From: Desulfomonilia bacterium
GTDB taxonomy: Bacteria > Desulfobacterota > Desulfomonilia > UBA1062
DNA length: 64,000 nucleotides
Assembly (NCBI GenBank): GCA_050014195.1
Contig: JBEKDT010000001.1
Location: 160,001 to 224,000 of the forward strand
Direction of reading: 5' to 3'
Part shown: positions 39,941-50,754 of the stretch, piece after piece
Numbering within the stretch: the first letter of the stretch is position 1
How the letters are laid out: every line of letters starts with the position of its first letter
Made by a program: the position numbers and the translations under genes
Notes under the pieces: generated by a model
Seen by the model: the letters and a program-made list of their open reading frames with translations, nothing else
Told to the model about the DNA's origin: nothing
The model's database searches: none

Positions 39941-40950
39941 AGGAACGCGCACCGGCATCACGCCTGAAATACGGGGCGGCACTCCTGTGTATTGTATTCA
40001 CTATAGGGACCTTGGGTTTTCACTTCATCGAAGGATGGACTTACCTCGATGCGTTTTTCATGACGCTCATTACCATAACCACAATAGGCTACCAGGAGAT
40101 TCATCCTCTCACAGAGATCGGCAAGGTCTTTGACATCTTCATAATCTTCCTGGGCGTTGGGTCTGCTGCATACGTGTTTGCATCCTTTACCCGGTTCATA
40201 GTAGAGGGTGAGATGCAACATTACTTTGGGAGGCTTAGGTTGGATAAGACAATCATGCGGATGAACAATCATTATATCATCTGCGGCAACGGAAGGATCG
40301 GGTCGCTCATCAGCCAGGAACTCCTTCACTCAAACAAGACATTTCTTGTGATAGATAATGATCCCGCCATCATCGAGCACCTTGAGCGCACAGGTGTCCC
40401 ACATATTTTAGGCAATGCTTCGGATGAAGACATCCTGCTCAAAGCAGGGATCAAGCGTGCAAAGGGTCTCATTGCCACGGCATCATCCGACATGACAAAT
40501 GTTTACATCATCCTGATAGCCAAAGAGCTTAATCCCGATCTCTTTGTGCTTGCCCGGGCCGAGACTGAGGACTCCACCAAGAACCTCATACGGGCCGGGG
40601 CAAATAAAGTGGTCTCTCCTTACCTCATCGGAGGCCGCCACATGGCAAATATCATCCTCAAGCCCACGGTAGTGGACTTCATTGAGCTGGCCACCGGTGA
40701 GAAGACCGGAGATTTTATTATTCAAATGGAAGGGTTTAAGATCCGCGAAGACTCCTGTCTTGTGGGTAAAACATTGAAAGACGCCCCCATAAGGAAGGAC
40801 ATCGGTCTCATCGTAGTCGCGATCAGGGATCGTGCCGGCAAGATGATCTTCAACCCAGGTGCCGATATGACAATCTCGGTTGATGACGTGCTTGTCTGCA
40901 TAGGTGATACCGAGGCCCTTCGGTCCATGAAGACCCTTGTAAACAGCTAG
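39931..40950 (+). CDS. 2-TM cation (K+) channel with RCK domains
   Basis: Pore TITTIGYQE; ICGNGRIG RCK-N; RCK-C FNPG. Confidence 0.88.
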   Translation: MEIKERAPASRLKYGAALLCIVFTIGTLGFHFIEGWTYLDAFFMTLITITTIGYQEIHPLTEIGKVFDIFIIFLGVGSAAYVFASFTRFIVEGEMQHYFGRLRLDKTIMRMNNHYIICGNGRIGSLISQELLHSNKTFLVIDNDPAIIEHLERTGVPHILGNASDEDILLKAGIKRAKGLIATASSDMTNVYIILIAKELNPDLFVLARAETEDSTKNLIRAGANKVVSPYLIGGRHMANIILKPTVVDFIELATGEKTGDFIIQMEGFKIREDSCLVGKTLKDAPIRKDIGLIVVAIRDRAGKMIFNPGADMTISVDDVLVCIGDTEALRSMKTLVNS

Positions 40951-40955
40951 AGGTC

Positions 40956-41369
40956 ATGCGGATATTAGGATTGGATTACGGCAGTAAACGCATCGGCGTT
41001 GCCTTGAGTGATCCGTCAGAGACCATGGCCCATCCTATCGAAACCATACAGGTAAAGTCCGATGGGTCACATTTTAAGGTTATAAAGACCATTGCTGATG
41101 CATACCAGGTGTCCAAGGTTGTGGTAGGTCTGCCTTACAATATGGACGGCAGCCTCGGGAATAAGGGGGAAGAGGTAATTAAATGGGGCAAAGACCTTGA
41201 GAAAGTGCTCGACTTACCTGTTGTATTCTTTGATGAAAGGCTTTCTACATCAGAGGCTCATGAGTTGCTCATGAGGATCAATGTCAAGGGGAGAAAGCGC
41301 AATGCAATCGTGGATAAGATCGCTGCGAGCATTATCCTGAAAGGATATCTGGATTCGGAGAATACATGA
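40956..41369 (+). CDS. ruvX: YqgF/RuvX nuclease
   Basis: LGLDYGSKRIGVA, VVGLP, DERLST, VDKIAASIIL. Confidence 0.93.
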   Translation: MRILGLDYGSKRIGVALSDPSETMAHPIETIQVKSDGSHFKVIKTIADAYQVSKVVVGLPYNMDGSLGNKGEEVIKWGKDLEKVLDLPVVFFDERLSTSEAHELLMRINVKGRKRNAIVDKIAASIILKGYLDSENT

Positions 41370-42376
41370 GAACTCGCCTGCGCGCCCTTCTTTTCTTGCT
41401 GGTATGTCTCCTCACTCTTGTCTTCGTCCACACATGCTCCTTTTTGAGAACACCCATCACTCCACACAAACCTGTTGAGGTGGATATCGTGCCGGGGCAG
41501 AGTGCCTGGGAGATCACACAGACTCTTAAGAACACTGGAGTCATATCCCATGCAGGCACCTTCATAATCATTGCCACCCTTACAGGCAAGGCAAAGCATC
41601 TCCGGGCAGGCGCATATGTGTTCGAAGGCAACCATGTCCCAATGGATATCATGGATATATTGTTCAGGGGAAAGACACTCAAGTATCGCATCACCATCCC
41701 TGAGGGTTATACGATCTATCAGATAGGAGAGGCTGTATCAAGGACAGGACTTATCCCCAAGAACCTGTTTATTCAAAGTGCACTCAGCCCGAAGACAAAA
41801 GACTTCTTTCAGGTAAAGGCACCTTCCATGGAGGGTTTTCTCTATCCTGACACCTATTACCTGGTCCCCCATATGACACCACTGGAGATCATGGCAAAGA
41901 TGATTGACCGTTTCAGAGGCATATATACCCCTGAGATGGAACAGCGGGCAAAAGCGATCGGCATGTCCAAGCTTGAAGTCATCACGCTGGCATCTCTCAT
42001 CGAGAAGGAGGCTTATGCAAAGGCTGAACAGCCCATTATATCCTCGGTATTTCACAACAGAATGATGCGGGGAATGCGCCTCCAATCCGATCCGACCGCC
42101 ATTTACGGCATTGAGGGCTTTACGGGCAAGATAGGCCCGGATGATCTGTTGAGGGAAAGTCCTTACAACACCTACCGACATGGAGGGCTCCCACCAGGTC
42201 CTATATGCAACCCCGGTTTGGATTCCATTCGATCCGCACTCTGGCCTGCAAAGACCACTTACCTCTACTTCGTCTCGCAAGGCGATGGGACACATTCATT
42301 CTCCCACTCGCTCGAAGAACATAACCGAGCAATTTCAAATAATTCCAAGCAGAAGAAAAATCGCGGTATTCTCTAA
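41366..42376 (+). CDS. mltG: Endolytic transglycosylase
   Basis: TIPEG, EGFLYPDTY, ASLIEKE, LQSDPT, GLPPGPICNPG. Confidence 0.95.
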   Translation: MRTRLRALLFLLVCLLTLVFVHTCSFLRTPITPHKPVEVDIVPGQSAWEITQTLKNTGVISHAGTFIIIATLTGKAKHLRAGAYVFEGNHVPMDIMDILFRGKTLKYRITIPEGYTIYQIGEAVSRTGLIPKNLFIQSALSPKTKDFFQVKAPSMEGFLYPDTYYLVPHMTPLEIMAKMIDRFRGIYTPEMEQRAKAIGMSKLEVITLASLIEKEAYAKAEQPIISSVFHNRMMRGMRLQSDPTAIYGIEGFTGKIGPDDLLRESPYNTYRHGGLPPGPICNPGLDSIRSALWPAKTTYLYFVSQGDGTHSFSHSLEEHNRAISNNSKQKKNRGIL

Positions 42377-42409
42377 AGTTGTGTCTCGCCCCTTTCGATA
42401 AGGGAAGAC

Positions 42410-43024
42410 ATGGTAGAAGTGCGTGCAGCCATTGTCGATGATGAGGATGAAATACTTGATCTTATCGAACAAATCCTTATTGAGGAAGGGCTCAAGTCAA
42501 AAAGGTTCCATAAGGCAGAGGATTTACTTGTTATCTCAGAGAAAGAGTCATTTGACATCATTATCTCTGACCTCATGCTTCCTGGTATAACGGGGCTCGA
42601 ACTCCTTGAGAGACTTCATAAGAAAGGGATTACAACACCGTTTGTCCTCATCACCGGATATGCATCGCTGGATACGGCCATCGAGGCAGTGAACCAGGGT
42701 GCCTTTTCATATATCAAGAAGCCATTTAATATTGAAGAAATCCGTATTGTGGTCAACCGACTCAGGCAAAGGCAGGACCTCATGGATGAGATCGCTCAGC
42801 TGAAAAGACAGGTAACGTTGCTGCAGTCGAAACTCTCAAAAGCAATAGGAGAAGATTATCCAAACACGGCACTGCCGCCTGTGATGAGGGCATTGCAGGG
42901 CCCCAACGATATGAGCAAGGCCTTTTCCGCCATAGAATATCTCGGCAGGCTCAAGACGGAGGGGCTGATTACTGAAAGGGAATTCGGCGAATACAAAGGC
43001 AGAATTTTAAAAGGGATTGCTTGA
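42410..43024 (+). CDS. Receiver-coiled coil-SHOCT-like protein
   Basis: REC motifs; C-terminal L..LK.EGLITE.EF...K.RIL. Confidence 0.85.
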   Translation: MVEVRAAIVDDEDEILDLIEQILIEEGLKSKRFHKAEDLLVISEKESFDIIISDLMLPGITGLELLERLHKKGITTPFVLITGYASLDTAIEAVNQGAFSYIKKPFNIEEIRIVVNRLRQRQDLMDEIAQLKRQVTLLQSKLSKAIGEDYPNTALPPVMRALQGPNDMSKAFSAIEYLGRLKTEGLITEREFGEYKGRILKGIA

Positions 43025-44448
43025 TGTACAACAGGGTCCTCATTGTTGACGATGATCCCGGGATACGGGAGACCATATCGCAGATAATAGAAGAGCTCGG
43101 ATACGCTCCTGATACCGCCTCCGACGGACTGGAGGCGTTGGCCATGTTGGATACCGGCTCTTATCTATGCATATTCACCGATATCATGATGCCTAAGATG
43201 ACCGGGATCGAGCTCATTAAAAAGATCAAGGCCCGCGATGTATCGCTGCCCATCATTGTGATCACCGGTTATGCTTCCTTAGAGATCGCCATTGATGCCA
43301 TGAAGTGCGGGGCCTCCGACTTCATATCAAAGCCCTTCAAGGTGAGCCAGATCCAGCTTGTTCTCAGTAAGATGAAGCGAGAAAAGCTCTTGCTCGAGGA
43401 GAACAGGAGATTCTCGGACGCCTTGCAGCTCCATCGCCTCATCGACACCCTTGTGGGACAGCTGGAAGACAAGAACAAAGAGATCAACTCCCTGCAGGCC
43501 ATATCCGAGAAGATCATCAGCTTAAAGGGTATCCGCGATCTGGTGGGTGCCATCGTAGACGTCTCCAAGCAACTTCTTGAGAATGTGGATGTTCAATTCT
43601 ATCCCTTAAACCGGAAGACCCAGACACTCATTGATACCGGCAATGGACAAGGCAGAATCATCAGCGCCGATCTCGTCGAGGGGAAGATCATCAGGAAAAA
43701 CAATTCTCTGGGCGTTTCAAGCCGGAACTTCGTGACTATCTTTCCACTCATGATCGAAGGCCAGGTATTCGGCACACTTGATATCCGTTCCGACTCCATA
43801 CTCGGCGAGGAGAAGGAGGGAAAGATTCTGTATCTCCTCAACCGCTCCGCTGAACGCATGGAAAATGTGGCCCTTTATGAGGGTCTTTACGAGAACATGC
43901 TCTCCACCTTGAACAGCATGGCCAAGATCCTGGATGCCAGAGACCCGCACACATCCCAGCATTCCACCAGGGTCACCAACTTCTCTCTCGCCTTGGCCAA
44001 TATCATCAAGCTGTCTGATGATGAAAAGGATGTGCTGTATATCGCCGCTTCGCTCCACGATATCGGGAAGGTGGGTATACCCGACAGCATACTCCTGAAG
44101 AAAGACAAGCTCACTGATGAAGAGTTCAAGATCATCAAGAGACATCCCGATATCGGGGCAGATATCTTAAAGCCCCTGCCACCTATGTCGCGCGAGACGG
44201 ACGTCATACGTTATCACCATGAACGCTATGACGGTAAAGGATACCCGGCAGGGATCGGGGGTGGTGAGATCCCTCTCCTCTCACGCATTATTACGCTCGC
44301 AGATTCCTATGATGCTATGACTACGGACAGGCCTTACCGGAACGGATTACCTATCGACAAGGCTATTGAAGAGATCATACGCTGCATCGGGAGCCAGTTT
44401 GACCCGGAGCTGGCGAATATGTTTATCCACAAGGTTATCGGGGTCTGA
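43024..44448 (+). CDS. Receiver-HD-GYP phosphodiesterase
   Basis: REC; RDPHT..HS, LHDIGK, HHERYDGKGYP, DSYDAM. Confidence 0.93.
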   Translation: MYNRVLIVDDDPGIRETISQIIEELGYAPDTASDGLEALAMLDTGSYLCIFTDIMMPKMTGIELIKKIKARDVSLPIIVITGYASLEIAIDAMKCGASDFISKPFKVSQIQLVLSKMKREKLLLEENRRFSDALQLHRLIDTLVGQLEDKNKEINSLQAISEKIISLKGIRDLVGAIVDVSKQLLENVDVQFYPLNRKTQTLIDTGNGQGRIISADLVEGKIIRKNNSLGVSSRNFVTIFPLMIEGQVFGTLDIRSDSILGEEKEGKILYLLNRSAERMENVALYEGLYENMLSTLNSMAKILDARDPHTSQHSTRVTNFSLALANIIKLSDDEKDVLYIAASLHDIGKVGIPDSILLKKDKLTDEEFKIIKRHPDIGADILKPLPPMSRETDVIRYHHERYDGKGYPAGIGGGEIPLLSRIITLADSYDAMTTDRPYRNGLPIDKAIEEIIRCIGSQFDPELANMFIHKVIGV

Positions 44449-44456
44449 TATGACCT

Positions 44457-44936
44457 CTAAGGAATAGTCCCTTGCGGGGCCGGTACCTGAACCGGTGCGC
44501 TCCCGCTGGCCTTTGAAGGTCTCGTTGATGAGTTCATCTGTTCCACAAGAGTCTGCACCCTCTGCCGAAGTTGCTGGTTTTCCTGGACAAGGGCTTCGTT
44601 TTGACCTGCAGTTGCCTTGAGGTCGGTGTTCTCTTTCTCCAAGGCTGAGAGTCTTTCATTTAAACGCGCGATCTGGCTGTCTTCGGGGACGCCCTGCTGC
44701 TTTTTCAATGATGCAACCTCGTTATCAAGGGCACTCACCCTGCCGGTCAGCTCCTGATTCTTTTCCTCCAAGGCCGAGATATAGGAGCTAGTCTGCTTGA
44801 GCATGTCTTTGTAATCAGGGTGCTGCTGTTTCCGATAGCCCCAGAAGTAATATCCGACAAATAACCCGCCTAAGAATATTACAAGGAGGACAACCACAAT
44901 CGCCCGTACATGACTCTTCTCCTCCTCCATCAGCAC
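44457..44936 (-). CDS. Single-TM coiled-coil hypothetical protein
   Basis: TM followed by heptad repeats; GGAGG RBS. Confidence 0.7.
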   Translation of the reverse strand: MLMEEEKSHVRAIVVVLLVIFLGGLFVGYYFWGYRKQQHPDYKDMLKQTSSYISALEEKNQELTGRVSALDNEVASLKKQQGVPEDSQIARLNERLSALEKENTDLKATAGQNEALVQENQQLRQRVQTLVEQMNSSTRPSKASGSAPVQVPAPQGTIP

Positions 44937-45056
44937 ACCTCCCCACTATTTCTTATTAAGCTGTATGCGAGTTGTGTTACCCCGTCAAGCCCAAGTTAGT
45001 TATCACACCAAACCTCATTATCGTATAAGGTTTTAAGGGCAGAAAGCCCTTGAGCT

Positions 45057-46541
45057 TTATAGTACGAATGAGGATCTTTGAACTTTGATGATGCCACTGT
45101 CCTTCAGATGCCCTGTAATAAGTTCAGTAAGCCCGGGTATATCAACAAAAGAGGAGAGGAACCTCTCTAACCTCCCTTCCTGTGTTGACCAATTGTAAAA
45201 GGCTGGTCGATTGAATATTAAAAGATTGTGAAATACTACCCTAAGACCCGATATGATAATCCCTTCCGGGTTGATGCGGCCGGCGGTTATCCCAAATTCC
45301 TCCATGCGGGTGAATGTATCTGCCAGGGCTTCTGCAATACTCCCCTTTATATCTGAGGTCACATTCTCGGAATGAAAAAAATCCTTGAGGTTCATCCCTT
45401 CCACAGGTTTGAAAAAAACTGCACAGTCCCACCTAAAAATATTTCTACACTTGCCTACAAGGGTAACCGGTATGGGGGTTTCTATGCCTATTCTCCTCAG
45501 CATGAGAGCATTCTTCCAGATCCTGCTTGCAGACCAAAACCTCTTGAGTATGCGCGGTCCGTATCCTCTTGAGGACCATACGAGCATCTCCTTGTCTCCC
45601 ACCGAGATTAGGGAATATCCTGAAGCCAAGCGGTTCCCTTCACCATGGGGAAGATGCCGTGAGGCGTCGAGGATCTCTTCATACACCACATCAAATTGGT
45701 GCCTGTCATAGACTGAGAAAAACCGGGTATCCCATCGGGTAAGGAATGGGTCTCGGGTTTTGTTCGTCTTCCGGAGGTATTCGGAAAGTATACCCTGTCT
45801 GATCTTTCGTGTTTCTCTCTTGACCCTTACCATCTCGCGATCTGTAATGACCCACCCCCTCTTCTTCACATAGGCCATTATCCGATCCTCCATACCCCCG
45901 TTGTACACAGGTGGGAGGTTTGCTAGCAGACAAGCCAGATTGCTCAGTGATCTCTTCGGACCGATGGCCCCACGGTAAATCTTCACCTGATCTCCATCGA
46001 GGGCATATATGCACTCATCCAGAATCATGAAATTGCCCAGGTGGAGATCGTTCTGCAGTATCCCCTGCTCGTGACAGCTCCCGAGAAAGGCCATGAGGAC
46101 ATCAAGCACCCTCTCCACCTGATGGATATCCGGACATGCCTCTAATGCACTGTCGACCCGTACGGCATCCGTCAGGTATTCAAAGACAATGACATAGATC
46201 CCATAGTCGGGGATATGACCGGAAAAGAGGATTTCCGGAGCAGGGATACCTTTTTCAGCAAAGGCCCTGCAACCTCTGCTGCTCCTCTTCCAGTTGGCAT
46301 GGGCCCTTCTGGCTGAGAAGTAGAGTTTTACTATTACCATTCTTGAGCGTATTTCGCCGAGACATACCAGTCTCTTGCCCTGTATTGCACGGAAAACCTT
46401 TGAGCATGCAATCTCACCGACATCTGGTATGTTGACCTTAAAAGATATGTGCCTATCTTCCCTGACATAATCCTGGTTGATCTTATTGAGTTGGGATATA
46501 AGTATGCTTTTATCAATAATGTCCGAATGATCAGCCAACAC
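45057..46541 (-). CDS. Kdo/WaaP/InaA-family LPS kinase, tandem domains
   Basis: IVKLY, GIPAP, QNDLHLGNF, ALD in domain 1; GIETP in domain 2. Confidence 0.75.
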   Translation of the reverse strand: MLADHSDIIDKSILISQLNKINQDYVREDRHISFKVNIPDVGEIACSKVFRAIQGKRLVCLGEIRSRMVIVKLYFSARRAHANWKRSSRGCRAFAEKGIPAPEILFSGHIPDYGIYVIVFEYLTDAVRVDSALEACPDIHQVERVLDVLMAFLGSCHEQGILQNDLHLGNFMILDECIYALDGDQVKIYRGAIGPKRSLSNLACLLANLPPVYNGGMEDRIMAYVKKRGWVITDREMVRVKRETRKIRQGILSEYLRKTNKTRDPFLTRWDTRFFSVYDRHQFDVVYEEILDASRHLPHGEGNRLASGYSLISVGDKEMLVWSSRGYGPRILKRFWSASRIWKNALMLRRIGIETPIPVTLVGKCRNIFRWDCAVFFKPVEGMNLKDFFHSENVTSDIKGSIAEALADTFTRMEEFGITAGRINPEGIIISGLRVVFHNLLIFNRPAFYNWSTQEGRLERFLSSFVDIPGLTELITGHLKDSGIIKVQRSSFVL

Positions 46542-46615
46542 TCATATCTCCTTCAACCAGGAGAATTTGCTTTTCAACTCTCCAGTACGGATATACATGG
46601 GGCTTTCAGGTCACC

Positions 46616-47674
46616 TCATGGATGCAATTCATTTTGAAGCAGCGCCAGGTATATCCCTTCATATGCCCTTGCCATTGCCTCAATGGAGAACCGCTTTGCA
46701 AGAATGCCGTAGGCATTCGTTGTGCAATATGTGCAGAAATCCGTATCATCAAGCATCTTCAAAATAGATTCGGCTATCCTAGCATAATCTCCCACTCCAG
46801 CCAGTAATCCGGTTTCCTCATTTTTCACAAGCTCCGGAATTCCTCCCGCTGCTGTAGCAACTACAGGGACATGATACAAGAAGGCATCCAGGATGGAACT
46901 GCCAAGACCCTCTTCTCTCGATGTCAGGACAAACACATTAAAGATGGGGTAGTAGGGATAAGGATCATCCTGATATCCTTCAAAGATGATGTTATGCAGA
47001 TGCAACTTTCCGGCCTGGCGTTCCAATTCTTCACGCAGGTCCCCATCACCGATGAGCACGAAGACAACATCCTCCCTTTTGTCCTGTATTAGAGATGCAG
47101 CTCTGAGGAGCGTGATGTGATCCTTGCGCTTCTCAAGGGCAGCTATGCACCCTATGACCTTCATAGACCGGAATCTGTCCTTCAGTATCCTGACAGTGCT
47201 GTCGGATAGTTGTCTGTTCATGTCTATGGAATCAGGTATCACCATGATACTTCGGTTATTGCCCTCCCAGGTAACCATGACGGACTTCACCTTTTCCGAG
47301 ACTTCGGCCAGAGAGTTGAGCCTGCTGTACATCTGCCGTGTCAGGATATTGCGCGAAGGCGGACTGTCGATACGCCTGGTTGCCACAATGGGTCTGCCAT
47401 GAATGGGTTTCCAGGCAACTGCAAGCTGAATGCCGCGGGTTTCATGTGCATGAATCACATCAAATCTGGAAAGGAGGCCTCCATGGATCAGGAACGGTTT
47501 CCTTATGACGTGCACGGGAAAACCCATGTCTTTTGTCTTACTGATGAACATCTCATTGGTACGTGCAATCAGAAGGGATTCATGGCCGAGACGTCTGAGT
47601 CCTTCCATGAGATAAAGGGTTTGTCGCTCACCACCGCGCCAAGTTCGCTCAAGGTTGATATGCACAACTCGCAT
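46616..47674 (-). CDS. GT4 glycosyltransferase
   Basis: RGGERQ, IGDG, SREEGLG, GGIPE. Confidence 0.9.
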   Translation of the reverse strand: MRVVHINLERTWRGGERQTLYLMEGLRRLGHESLLIARTNEMFISKTKDMGFPVHVIRKPFLIHGGLLSRFDVIHAHETRGIQLAVAWKPIHGRPIVATRRIDSPPSRNILTRQMYSRLNSLAEVSEKVKSVMVTWEGNNRSIMVIPDSIDMNRQLSDSTVRILKDRFRSMKVIGCIAALEKRKDHITLLRAASLIQDKREDVVFVLIGDGDLREELERQAGKLHLHNIIFEGYQDDPYPYYPIFNVFVLTSREEGLGSSILDAFLYHVPVVATAAGGIPELVKNEETGLLAGVGDYARIAESILKMLDDTDFCTYCTTNAYGILAKRFSIEAMARAYEGIYLALLQNELHP

Positions 47675-47677
47675 GGG

Positions 47678-48445
47678 TTATCCTTTCTGCCCCTTGTCGT
47701 ATGTCATCTCCAGGAGCTTGGCTGTCATGACGAGGTCTGCAAAGGCACCCATTGCAGAGATCAGGAACCCCCTCCATCCATCGAGTATGCCAAGGCGTAA
47801 CACATAATCCTTGAGAAAACGCAAGGGTGGCCTCACCAGCATGTAGAGGACAGGAAACGTGATACCCTTGTCATATTTATCCTGAGCCTTATACAAGGTG
47901 TACCGGTTAATCTTATTGACCCACTCTCCCATGGAAGGTACGGTATAATGATCAAGGGTGGAATTGAGAACACCTGTATTGCTGAGAATAATCTCCCCAT
48001 GAACCCTTTTTTCTTCGTACCTCCCTTTACTCTTCCGAAACAGCCTGAGGACGGAATCATTCCCCCAGCTGGAGTATTTAACATGTTTATTCATGAGATA
48101 ATTCTTTCTAAAGATCCAGTACCCATCCTTGAGTTGGTCATTGCTTAACAGATCGATTATTTCATCTCGCAACTCAGGGGGTACCCGTTCATCACAATCA
48201 ACAATAAGGATCCAGTCATAGGTAGCCTGAGGTATGGCCCAGTTCTTCTGAACGGCATCGTTGATAAATTCATGCTGAACAATACGATCTGTGTAAGCCT
48301 TAGCTATATCAAGCGTCCTGTCTGTACTATAGGAATCTACGATAAAAATCTCATCGGCCCACGAGACGCTCTTCAGGCACTCCTCCATATTCCTCTCTTC
48401 ATTGAAGCATGGTATAAGTACAGTCAGTTTCTGTCTTTCAGGCAT
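47678..48445 (-). CDS. GT2 glycosyltransferase (KdtX/LgtF-like)
   Basis: FNEE, VDSYSTDRT, DCDE, VHG, G.LDG..GF. Confidence 0.9.
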   Translation of the reverse strand: MPERQKLTVLIPCFNEERNMEECLKSVSWADEIFIVDSYSTDRTLDIAKAYTDRIVQHEFINDAVQKNWAIPQATYDWILIVDCDERVPPELRDEIIDLLSNDQLKDGYWIFRKNYLMNKHVKYSSWGNDSVLRLFRKSKGRYEEKRVHGEIILSNTGVLNSTLDHYTVPSMGEWVNKINRYTLYKAQDKYDKGITFPVLYMLVRPPLRFLKDYVLRLGILDGWRGFLISAMGAFADLVMTAKLLEMTYDKGQKG

Positions 48446-48645
48446 CGCTGTATTTCCCCCATCTTTGGAGTTTATCTAACTCGGGATGACCACAACATAA
48501 TCTATCTGGGAATTATCACGAAGGGTTGCATATGCGAAGTGATTTATTGACACAACAGTGGTCGACTGTCAACGAAGTTTGGGCGCACCCCGTATGATGA
48601 AGTGGGTACATATTCAGGGTCTCAGGGCGAGAATCACCCCCCACT

Positions 48646-49596
48646 TTATGGACGGTTTTGATCACAGAGAGCCAGCACCCTGTCTACAAAATGGTGAAAG
48701 GTGTTGTGCTCATGCACATACCGATAACCCTGATCAGCTATTCTCTCGCGTTCTTTAGGTTTTGCAAGAAATTCCTTAACGAGATCGATACATTCATCTT
48801 CACTTTTATACCACACAAGGTGCTCACGATTCGTATAAAACTTCTCCATTCCTGGGACATAATTCGTTAAGAGAAATCCGCCACACCCCAATGTAAACGG
48901 AAGACGGCTGGACCAGTATCCATAAAGAGAACTTGTATTATCTGCACCGAGTACGATCTTAGTGCCACCGCATACCAAAGAATAGCTTCGGGGATATATA
49001 TTCTTCAGGGTAGCCTTCTTGTTAATCAACTCCCAATTCTTCCCATAAACTCTTACATTACAGATCTCATCGAGTCTCTGTATAAGATCTACTCTGGATT
49101 CGTTCTCTCTTGCGGCGCCTATAAATGCCACATCAGATTTCCATATCGGCAGAATCGGATGTCTCCTTCGGTGTACATACCTGTCACAGGCATTGATGAT
49201 GTATACGGGATTCTTTACTCCTGCTTTACGATATTCTTCGAGCACCCCTTCTGCAGTCACCAAGAAAATATCAACCAATTTCCCCCGCTCAAAGACGTCA
49301 GGGAGAATGCTCGTAACCCAAGGGTCTTCAAAAAACATAACCGTCTTTATCGGCCCCCCCGAGATTTGTTTCAGCACAGAGAAAGGTATATCTTGGGAAT
49401 TAATGAATACGATATCGGGGTTAAAAGATTCTATCTGATCCAACATGTAAGCATCGGCATTCTTTCCCTTCCGGCGAAGAACCCTTGGAGTTTTTAACCA
49501 TAAAATTTCATGTCCTCTTTCTATAAACGCACGCTCTAGGTACCTTATTTTGCCTGTTTTACTTCTTGATTTTGAGAAGATGAATACTTTAGACAT
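48646..49596 (-). CDS. Glycosyltransferase (CgeB-like)
   Basis: SDVAFIG, VYGKNW, R.P...GCGGFLLT, ERERIA..G. Confidence 0.8.
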   Translation of the reverse strand: MSKVFIFSKSRSKTGKIRYLERAFIERGHEILWLKTPRVLRRKGKNADAYMLDQIESFNPDIVFINSQDIPFSVLKQISGGPIKTVMFFEDPWVTSILPDVFERGKLVDIFLVTAEGVLEEYRKAGVKNPVYIINACDRYVHRRRHPILPIWKSDVAFIGAARENESRVDLIQRLDEICNVRVYGKNWELINKKATLKNIYPRSYSLVCGGTKIVLGADNTSSLYGYWSSRLPFTLGCGGFLLTNYVPGMEKFYTNREHLVWYKSEDECIDLVKEFLAKPKERERIADQGYRYVHEHNTFHHFVDRVLALCDQNRP

Positions 49597-49638
49597 ACCT
49601 TAATCCTTTGGATACTTTAGTTTAATCTATAAATTTAT

Positions 49639-50619
49639 TTACTTACACAATTCCTTCATTTCTCTCAGAAGTATGATAGATAAATCATCAAGCCAAAAAT
49701 TTAGCTTATTATTATTTATAGATGAGCGAATTTTATATATTTCACCAAGAGATGCTAAAGCAAAAATGAATCCTGCTATAAATGGGATATCCAGCCGTAT
49801 GATCCTACCAATAAACCTAGGTAACAGCCAAGGGATATGGGAAAAGAAGATTTTCCTCTTTGAGAGATGAAGCCATAAGTATATAAATTTATTTCTCTTA
49901 CTTATTGTTTTTATCCTTAGATAAGAAAAGAACCTATTTATTGTACTATGATGATCGTGGATCACACTGCTACTGGGCTCACAGTATGTCTTCCACCCCT
50001 TTTCCCAGGCACGCAAACAGAGATCCGCATCTTCATGATAAAATGGCTTATACAAGCTTAAGAATCCATTTAACTCCATAAACATACTCTTGCGGAGAGC
50101 CATCGAACCACCTGAAGAGAACATGCTCATTAATGGTTTTCCTTTACTTTGAGCCTTAAATATATCATCAACACTCATCCTCACATATCGAATGGTACCT
50201 CTTTCTATCTTACAAATATTCCATGATACCCCGGATATTATCCCATCAGTATTATAAACAAGTGGAGAAACAGAAAAGGTATCTTTGAGATCAAACCACT
50301 TCACAAGAGGATTAATAAAATTTTTGTCAGGATAAACATCCGTATTCAACAAAATAATAATTTCATTTAGAGCGAGCATTATACCCGTGTAAACAGCTTC
50401 AGAGAATCCTTTATTGATATCATGACAAACAATTCTAATGCCTGGGAATTTTTCCTTCAGGAGTAAAACGCTCCCATCCTGCGAAGCATCATCAACGACA
50501 ATTACCTCCACTCTACCAGGGTACTGTTCAACGGCGTCATAAATCTTAGGAAGTGATCTAGGTAATAAATCTTCCCCATTATAATTTGGGATTACTATAC
50601 TAATAGGGGAATACTTCAT
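49639..50619 (-). CDS. GT2 glycosyltransferase
   Basis: SIVIPNYNG, VVDDASQD, NKGFS, LLNTD, EDADLC. Confidence 0.9.
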   Translation of the reverse strand: MKYSPISIVIPNYNGEDLLPRSLPKIYDAVEQYPGRVEVIVVDDASQDGSVLLLKEKFPGIRIVCHDINKGFSEAVYTGIMLALNEIIILLNTDVYPDKNFINPLVKWFDLKDTFSVSPLVYNTDGIISGVSWNICKIERGTIRYVRMSVDDIFKAQSKGKPLMSMFSSGGSMALRKSMFMELNGFLSLYKPFYHEDADLCLRAWEKGWKTYCEPSSSVIHDHHSTINRFFSYLRIKTISKRNKFIYLWLHLSKRKIFFSHIPWLLPRFIGRIIRLDIPFIAGFIFALASLGEIYKIRSSINNNKLNFWLDDLSIILLREMKELCK

Positions 50620-50754
50620 AACTGATTCAAATTGTTATACGAATCATTATTGAGCAATTGATCTGCAAGATTGTTAATGTCACGATCGCCTTAAATTTGG
50701 CCGACACCATATCTTATTTGTTTCAGCAAATCTTCCCCGTTCAAAATCATTGTG

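Noticed and set aside
48541-48645. IS-end remnant at the edge of the AT-rich block (TTGACA...TGTCAA)
   Set aside because: Only a 6 bp inverted repeat, with no partner end or transposase fragment
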